In this document: piece after piece, positions 58,335-64,000 of the stretch | Layout of the letters: each line of letters opens with the position of its first letter | How positions within the stretch are numbered: the first letter of the stretch is position 1 | Position numbers and translations under genes: made by a program | Notes under the pieces: generated by a model | The model's database searches: none | The model's input: the letters and a program-made list of their open reading frames with translations, nothing else | What the model was told of the DNA's origin: nothing | From: Lentisphaerota bacterium | GTDB lineage: Bacteria > Verrucomicrobiota > Lentisphaeria > Victivallales > Victivallaceae | Direction: 5' to 3' | NCBI GenBank assembly: GCA_015061885.1 | Contig: SUVS01000003.1 | Coordinates: 17,840 to 81,839, forward strand | DNA length: 64,000 nucleotides

Positions 58335-59549
58335 TTATGATTCGTGCAATTCCTGCAATGCCTCAACTGCCGTTACGACCATCTGCAAACCGGTATTGCT
58401 GTCAAATATCTGCGATTCGACCTCGTAGCCGCCGGCCACAAAAGAGTTGGCGGTATTTATATAACTGGCATAATCAGTTGAGTTGTAACAAATATATGTC
58501 CGGCGGTAGGGCGAATGCCACTTTATTTCCAAGCCCAATGCCGCTACTGTTTCGCCCGGCACTCCCACCAGACAAATATCGCCCACTGCCAAAAGCTGTA
58601 CTTCCAGATCATACTCCTTCATACCTTCCGTTACCGGCTGGCGGGGAGTAATATCTGTACGCAAATGGGCCTTGAAAGACTTTATAGAGCTTTTGCAGCG
58701 AGCATTGCTCATGCAGAATTTTTCCGGCTGGCGTTTGGCACTTATCCAACCTTGCATGACCGCCATTGCCAGCGGCCGTGCCATGGTGTCAAGGGCAACA
58801 AATCCGGCTTCCGGCAATATCGGGAACTGATCTCCGGCAGAACCGGAAACAAAGGTTATATCGCACCCCAGACTATCTTTGAGATACTCACGCAGTAATC
58901 CCGGATAATCCGCCGTTATCGAGTGGGCACTCAAGCCGGAAGCGTGAGATGCCAGCGGGTGTGCCGCATAATTTACCACCACTTCCTGCAAAACCTTGCG
59001 GGGAGAAGCAAAAAAGAGCATCCCGACTTCGGAATCCAGTACGCCATCAGCCAACGGCGAAAGTTCATACCGGTCGCAAATCATCCGGCAGACATTTTCC
59101 GGTCCGCAATAGCGGCGATTGGTATTCACCGGCACTTGAGCCGAATAAAAATAGGGTATTGTTTCAGCAAAATCTTCCTCTTCAAGTGCGGCAACGGCCT
59201 CAACGGTACGCTCAAGCACCATTTTGCAGGCATCTTTATCCAGATATTGAGTTTTAGCGTGATACCTTGTATGCGGGCCTCCGTGCGTGTGGGTACAGCT
59301 CAACAAAACATCTGCCTGGCTTCCGCCGATGATTTCTGCACAGCACCGGCGTATATCCAGCACCAGTTCCCGTGCCATACCCAACAGATCATAACTCAAA
59401 AACAGAAACTTCCTGCCGCTATCCAGCAGACAGAACCCGTGAAACATCAGTGCATCATGCTGTGCTTCGGCAACATCCTGCGGGCCGTAACCGGCAAGCG
59501 TACACCCGATTTCCGGAGAAATATCACCTTGAATATGAGCAATCTTCAT
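58335..59549 (-). CDS. ceramidase N-terminal domain-like hydrolase (short subtype)
   Basis: 404 aa, MKIAHIQGDISPEIGCTLAGYG...LLSCTHTHGGPH. Colinear with the 48683-50005 product. Confidence 0.6.
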   Translation of the reverse strand: MKIAHIQGDISPEIGCTLAGYGPQDVAEAQHDALMFHGFCLLDSGRKFLFLSYDLLGMARELVLDIRRCCAEIIGGSQADVLLSCTHTHGGPHTRYHAKTQYLDKDACKMVLERTVEAVAALEEEDFAETIPYFYSAQVPVNTNRRYCGPENVCRMICDRYELSPLADGVLDSEVGMLFFASPRKVLQEVVVNYAAHPLASHASGLSAHSITADYPGLLREYLKDSLGCDITFVSGSAGDQFPILPEAGFVALDTMARPLAMAVMQGWISAKRQPEKFCMSNARCKSSIKSFKAHLRTDITPRQPVTEGMKEYDLEVQLLAVGDICLVGVPGETVAALGLEIKWHSPYRRTYICYNSTDYASYINTANSFVAGGYEVESQIFDSNTGLQMVVTAVEALQELHES

Positions 59550-59565
59550 CTATATACCAATCCTT

Positions 59566-60366
59566 TTACTCTGCAACCACAAACTCCAGCGGGGCGTGAT
59601 ATTCTATATCGCCGAAACTCACCCCCGGCGGCAGTTCAGGCAAGCCGGAAAACTGCAATTTACGCAAATGAGCGGCGTAGTTGTAACGGGATACTAATAT
59701 ACACCATTTATTGCCAGGTGCAAATTCTGTACCGAATCCGGCAAGACTTTTCAGCGGCACAGCCAACTCGGCACTCCATGATCTATCGACATCGCTCTGA
59801 TCGTTGAGCGTGCCGTTCACCTGTGCGGCAGCCTTGATGCCCGGAGTTTTGCGGTCTTCATCAAACATCATCAGCAAATTGGCAGTTCCGCCGCCGGGAA
59901 AAGCGTAAAAAGTGTGTGCCCCGGCGGGATTGACATAAATCTCAAAATACGCATGTCCGCCTTCCGGAGTCAGGAACAACTCCGCCAGATCGCCCGTCCG
60001 GTAGAGCCGGGACTGATTTTTTATGGAACCGGCAAGCACATCTGAATCCTCAAACTCCACTGCCAGATACAGGTATTTATCGTCCATCAACAGCCGGAAC
60101 GAGCCCCCCTGAAATGGCTCATTTTTGACCTTTTCGCGGATTTTCGGCGGCAGACCTTTCCAATTATTGCTCCGCACCAGACGGTGAACTTTTGCCTGCT
60201 GCCACGCACTTTCGTTGAGTCTGCCATCCACAGTTATCTTTTGACCGGTACGGTGAACTGTTATCGCTTCCGGAACCGCCTCTTGCGGCGGCGGCGGCAG
60301 GTTCTGACAGCAGCCGGCAAGCACTGCCAGAACTGCAGCTCCGGCACTGGAAAGCAGATTTTTCAT
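59566..60366 (-). CDS. carbohydrate-binding family 9 (CBM9/DOMON-like) lipoprotein
   Basis: 266 aa. Lipobox-like LAVLAGC, then VDGRLNESAWQQA...LYLAVEFEDSDV...DLAELFL...WSAELAVPL, which is typical of CBM9-like domains. Confidence 0.55.
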   Translation of the reverse strand: MKNLLSSAGAAVLAVLAGCCQNLPPPPQEAVPEAITVHRTGQKITVDGRLNESAWQQAKVHRLVRSNNWKGLPPKIREKVKNEPFQGGSFRLLMDDKYLYLAVEFEDSDVLAGSIKNQSRLYRTGDLAELFLTPEGGHAYFEIYVNPAGAHTFYAFPGGGTANLLMMFDEDRKTPGIKAAAQVNGTLNDQSDVDRSWSAELAVPLKSLAGFGTEFAPGNKWCILVSRYNYAAHLRKLQFSGLPELPPGVSFGDIEYHAPLEFVVAE

Positions 60367-62828
60367 TTGACTTTTTTACCTTTTTCGTCTCTGCCTGTCA
60401 TACCTTCCACGCTGCCTTTCCAGGTATAACGCTGTGAAAGGTCGTATTTGATTTCCGGCATGACCAGATCAAGCTGACGCATCAATTCAAGCGTAAACGG
60501 TATGAAATAAAGTCCGCTGGTAACTGCTTTGGGGTCGGGATTATCCGGATCGCTGTCTTTAAGCGGCGAAGCAAAGACTTCACGCCGCGTAAGCATCTGC
60601 TGCATGGTATCGCGGGAGATAGCCAGCGATTCTTTGTTGCCGGTCAGCAATGCATCTATCAACAGCACATTACGCATGGCAGTACCGGCACCGCCGCCGT
60701 TGCGGGTGCTTTGACGCCGCCACGGGCACGGACTGTGGACAAAACCTTTGCGGTCGGCAAAATAGAGCCGGCTCTTGACATAGTCAGCCGTGGCTTTGAG
60801 ATTTTCACGCAGGGCTTTTTTCAAATATTCATCATTGGTTATCTTATACACCAGATACATCCCGGTCGCCTGATAGCCGGTCGGGAAAGAGAGAGCCCCG
60901 GTACGGTATTTGCTGTTCTTTTCGTTCCAGCCTTCCGGCGGTTTGGGAGCGTTGTGCGTTGCAAGTTTATCGTAACGCACACCGCGGCCGCGTGCCTGTG
61001 CCATAACTGTCCACGCCAGATCTTCCAAAGCAAACAAAAAGCGTTTGGTGGCCCCCATCCAGTAGATACTCGTCAGATTGACCAATGCCCAACCCGGTTC
61101 ACGGTGGGTGGCACTCCAGGTGCGGTTGACAAAAAGCTGGGTACTGCGGATATAATCGCCGGTCATGTTTGCCGTATCCCGGAATCTCCGGTCGCCGGTC
61201 AGCACATAACCCATACACATACCCCGGATACGCATGTGGCCGTTGGATACTTTGCTGGTTACAAAGAGTTTACCACCGCCGCCATAGTTGCTGAATTTGA
61301 ATTCGCCATCTTTGTAATAGCCGCCGGTATGCCCCATGCTGTGGGTGTAGATAGCTCCATTCATGCCGCCGGGATGACTTTTGACGGTATCGACTTCCAT
61401 CTGATGGCGAATGGAACGCACCGCTTCGCGGAAATACTCCGGCTTGCGGAAACGCAGCGCCTGTTCAAAGAAGATCGCCGCGGCATCGTATTCGTTGTTG
61501 AACCAGTTCCAGGTGCGTTCGCCGTGGCTGTCGCCGTAGTTGAGGAAGCCGTACCAGCGTTCTTTTTTGCTGTAATTGAGGTAAGAATCCAGACCGATGA
61601 GGATCTCTTTATCAAAGTATTTGCTGTATTTATCGGGCTTGCCGATGTAGTTGAGCCACGCTCCGGACTTCTGCAGATCTTCCACATCCACCAATCCTAC
61701 GGGCACTGGCGAAAGGAGTTTGGCGGCATCGACTTTTTTGTTCAGCACCAGATACATGGGAAATGACACTTCCACCCCCGCACGGATAACATAGTTGCCG
61801 GTACGCAACGCAAAGTAATGCACATACTCTTTATCGCGCTTGGCATAACGGTTGACCGGCTGGATCTCCGGAAACAAATTCACATTGAGTTTGTTGCCCG
61901 ACTGGGTTACGCCAATGGGGAAGCGCTCTGCCATTTCCGGGATCGCCAGCGAGCCTCTGCCCGCCAGATCAAAAAGCCCCAAAGCGCCTTTGACCGTTTC
62001 GCTCTTGCCGTTAAGGAGTTTTTCGTAGCTGTGATCTTCCCACTGGGTCAGGTGACAAATTTTGCCCAGGGCGGGGGCTTTGACTGCTTCGATTTGCATG
62101 GTTGCCGATTTCCACTCCAGCATCTCTTCGTAAGCGGTCACGCCGTATTTCCACTCCCGCTCTGCAACCTTGCCGGGGGTACGCGGTTTTTTCAGTGCCG
62201 CCCCCAGCAGCGGTTCCACGCCGATAAAGGGTTTGTTTGCCCACATGGTTATCCGCAGCCGCCAGTAGCGGGTATCTTTGTCGCTCTTATGATCGTATTT
62301 GCCCCGGAATTCCAAACCGGTAACGGTGTTGCCGCTGTCAAAGAGCTGGACTTTTTCAAAAACGGCTTCCGGCTGGCTGCCGTCGGGCAGTGTGATCCGG
62401 GGGGCATGAATGGCAAACTCTTCTTTGCCGGAAGTTACTTTGATAACAAAGGGCTTTTTTTCAAAACTCAACTTATAAAGTTTATTGCTGTAACACTCCA
62501 GCTTTTTCACCGCTTTGACCGCATTTTTCACCGCTTTTGGCGGGAGTTTGCCGGGAGTTACCGTATAACGGCCCGCCGGAACATCCGCCGTAAGCCGGTA
62601 CCAGCGTGCCGCACCATTGGGGTAACGGCTTATCATCAGAGTCTGCGGATAATATTTTTTGCCGTTGCCTTCGATGATAAAACTTTTATGCTGGGGGTCT
62701 TTTTCCGATGCGGGGATGGTAAAATCAACCACCCGCGGGTCGCCCTTTTCCTTGAAAATATCAACTTCAACTGCCGGAGCAGTCAGCAGCGGCAAGAGTG
62801 CCAGAGTACTGTAAAATAATTTTTTCAT
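60363..62828 (-). CDS. large secreted protein, possibly PcRGLX/PL26-like (beta-sandwich plus alpha/alpha toroid)
   Basis: 821 aa with a signal peptide. The central segment WYGFLNYGDSHGERTWNWFNNEYD...RHQMEVD...HSMGHTGGYY recalls exo-rhamnogalacturonan-lyase-like toroid proteins. The function call is weak. Confidence 0.45.
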   Translation of the reverse strand: MKKLFYSTLALLPLLTAPAVEVDIFKEKGDPRVVDFTIPASEKDPQHKSFIIEGNGKKYYPQTLMISRYPNGAARWYRLTADVPAGRYTVTPGKLPPKAVKNAVKAVKKLECYSNKLYKLSFEKKPFVIKVTSGKEEFAIHAPRITLPDGSQPEAVFEKVQLFDSGNTVTGLEFRGKYDHKSDKDTRYWRLRITMWANKPFIGVEPLLGAALKKPRTPGKVAEREWKYGVTAYEEMLEWKSATMQIEAVKAPALGKICHLTQWEDHSYEKLLNGKSETVKGALGLFDLAGRGSLAIPEMAERFPIGVTQSGNKLNVNLFPEIQPVNRYAKRDKEYVHYFALRTGNYVIRAGVEVSFPMYLVLNKKVDAAKLLSPVPVGLVDVEDLQKSGAWLNYIGKPDKYSKYFDKEILIGLDSYLNYSKKERWYGFLNYGDSHGERTWNWFNNEYDAAAIFFEQALRFRKPEYFREAVRSIRHQMEVDTVKSHPGGMNGAIYTHSMGHTGGYYKDGEFKFSNYGGGGKLFVTSKVSNGHMRIRGMCMGYVLTGDRRFRDTANMTGDYIRSTQLFVNRTWSATHREPGWALVNLTSIYWMGATKRFLFALEDLAWTVMAQARGRGVRYDKLATHNAPKPPEGWNEKNSKYRTGALSFPTGYQATGMYLVYKITNDEYLKKALRENLKATADYVKSRLYFADRKGFVHSPCPWRRQSTRNGGGAGTAMRNVLLIDALLTGNKESLAISRDTMQQMLTRREVFASPLKDSDPDNPDPKAVTSGLYFIPFTLELMRQLDLVMPEIKYDLSQRYTWKGSVEGMTGRDEKGKKVK

Positions 62829-62847
62829 TTGTTTTTATCCTTATATT

Positions 62848-64000
62848 TTAACGGATTTCTTTTAATGCTTTGATCGTTTCGTTCACAAGCTGCTGACCGC
62901 CTTCTGGAGAAACCAGATTGCAGTACGGTGTGGCACTGTAACCTTTGTTGGCGATCGCCCGCCCGGTGGCAAGGTAACTTGCGTTGCCGTTCTCATCGAC
63001 TGTCAACTGCACGATAAAGGTCTGTTCAAAGGGACTCCTTGCCTGAATACGGTGCATATAGTCCATGAAAAGTTCAAAGCAGTTACTGGCAAAAGCCACA
63101 TTGCCGACTTTGACCACATGAATATCGGTAGTGATGAAAGGCTCTTTATCCTGAATGGCAGCACGCTTGCTTACACTGCCGATACGGTTGCGGCGTCTGT
63201 TCAAGCGTGAATTTTTTATCAGCATTTCATATGCTTCGCCATCTTTGAGAAATTCCTCTTTCATTACTTCATCACGCTTGGCTTCTTCCTCGGCAACCAG
63301 TTCTGCCGGGAACATGCGGCGGGCAAGTTTAAGTGTTCTGACCTCATGCTTCAATTCAGGATTACTCATCTTTTCTTTGCCTGCCCACGCAAGGACTTCA
63401 TCAAAAGCCGCAACTATGCGGTTGGCAATATCTTCGGCACGCATAAGCTCAACAGTATCACGCTCGTACCGCTTGGCTGCCGCTTCGGGAGTTTTGATCC
63501 ACGCTTTCGGATATTTCATGGGGTTTTTCATATATGCAGCGATCTTGTCAGCATACTTCAAACGGTAACGGCGTTTTTCTGCTTCCTGGTAATGCATCTG
63601 CCGTGGAGCAAGGTCTCCAGCAGCTGCAGACTGACAGATAATGCCGATCCCGCCGTATTTGGCTTCCAGCTTTTCCCGCACATTGTACCAGAAACTGGCG
63701 TGCAGCATCCATGCACCTTCACTTGTCTGTGCCGGACACGGTACATTGATGATTGCCCCCGTAAGTTTGCCAGTCTTATCAAATGAGTACAGTATATTTA
63801 TAAAAGCATCAGTTCCCGCTTCGTACCCATCGAACATATCATCATTGGTTTTGCCGTACATCTTGCCGTGACCGTTCATGGCAATACCGGCTTGAGCCTG
63901 ATCGCGTTTGCCTGTATCATCCAGATAAATCGTGCGGCGGCTGTGCCCGGTAGTTGCAAAGCCGTACCCATAGGAGATCGAGCCTGCAGCACGATTCTGC
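62848..64000 (-). CDS. ceramidase N-terminal domain-like hydrolase (long subtype), 5' end beyond window
   Basis: The frame stays open upstream of the track's internal Met (63879) to the window edge (..YGYGFATTGHSRRTIYLDD..). It is colinear with residues about 150-496 of the 56819-58309 product. Confidence 0.6.
   Translation of the reverse strand, partial: QNRAAGSISYGYGFATTGHSRRTIYLDDTGKRDQAQAGIAMNGHGKMYGKTNDDMFDGYEAGTDAFINILYSFDKTGKLTGAIINVPCPAQTSEGAWMLHASFWYNVREKLEAKYGGIGIICQSAAAGDLAPRQMHYQEAEKRRYRLKYADKIAAYMKNPMKYPKAWIKTPEAAAKRYERDTVELMRAEDIANRIVAAFDEVLAWAGKEKMSNPELKHEVRTLKLARRMFPAELVAEEEAKRDEVMKEEFLKDGEAYEMLIKNSRLNRRRNRIGSVSKRAAIQDKEPFITTDIHVVKVGNVAFASNCFELFMDYMHRIQARSPFEQTFIVQLTVDENGNASYLATGRAIANKGYSATPYCNLVSPEGGQQLVNETIKALKEIR

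Noticed and set aside
1-64000. tRNA, rRNA, tmRNA, RNase P and SRP RNA genes
   Set aside because: Scanning intergenic regions by eye for T-loop GGTTCGA/TCGAACC contexts and conserved cores of the other RNAs found nothing outside coding sequence. This is a manual scan and not definitive.

Overview
This is a gene-dense 64-kb chromosomal segment of about 50% GC. It most likely comes from a PVC-superphylum bacterium of the Lentisphaerota/Victivallales type. Three things point that way: a DUF1559 pseudopilin-like protein with an exact H-X9-DG motif, a PVC-type 50-aa small basic protein, and very high CAZyme density. Housekeeping genes (thiE partial, rimO, pgsA, tcdA, hisA, cls, fklB-like, lpxA, pyrH, priA, truA, nikR, uxaC, dxs, recO, htpG) are interleaved with AraC-controlled carbohydrate-active operons. 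One is a NamZ / GH39-like / pseudopilin-like / DUF4838 operon at 15.7-22.3 kb. There are also GH28 and GH2-like genes, tandem SGNH esterases, and CE7 and CE15-like esterases. A roughly 15-kb minus-strand catabolic cluster at 48.7-64 kb contains four ceramidase-like paralogs. I saw no rRNA, tRNA, CRISPR array, integrase or transposase. Four items deserve a second look. (1) A nearly perfect 168-bp tandem repeat (2.2 copies) sits in the regulatory gap between a PocR-AraC regulator and its neighbouring operon. (2) An orphan phage-portal-like gene is translationally coupled to a small ORF, has its own SD and terminator, and has no other phage genes nearby. (3) The ceramidase-like / Gfo-Idh-MocA / MalY cluster is itself unusual. 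(4) Structured repeat-bearing intergenic regions lie downstream of htpG and upstream of yigZ. All family assignments come from motif recognition in the translated ORFs, with no database search, and start codons are best guesses.
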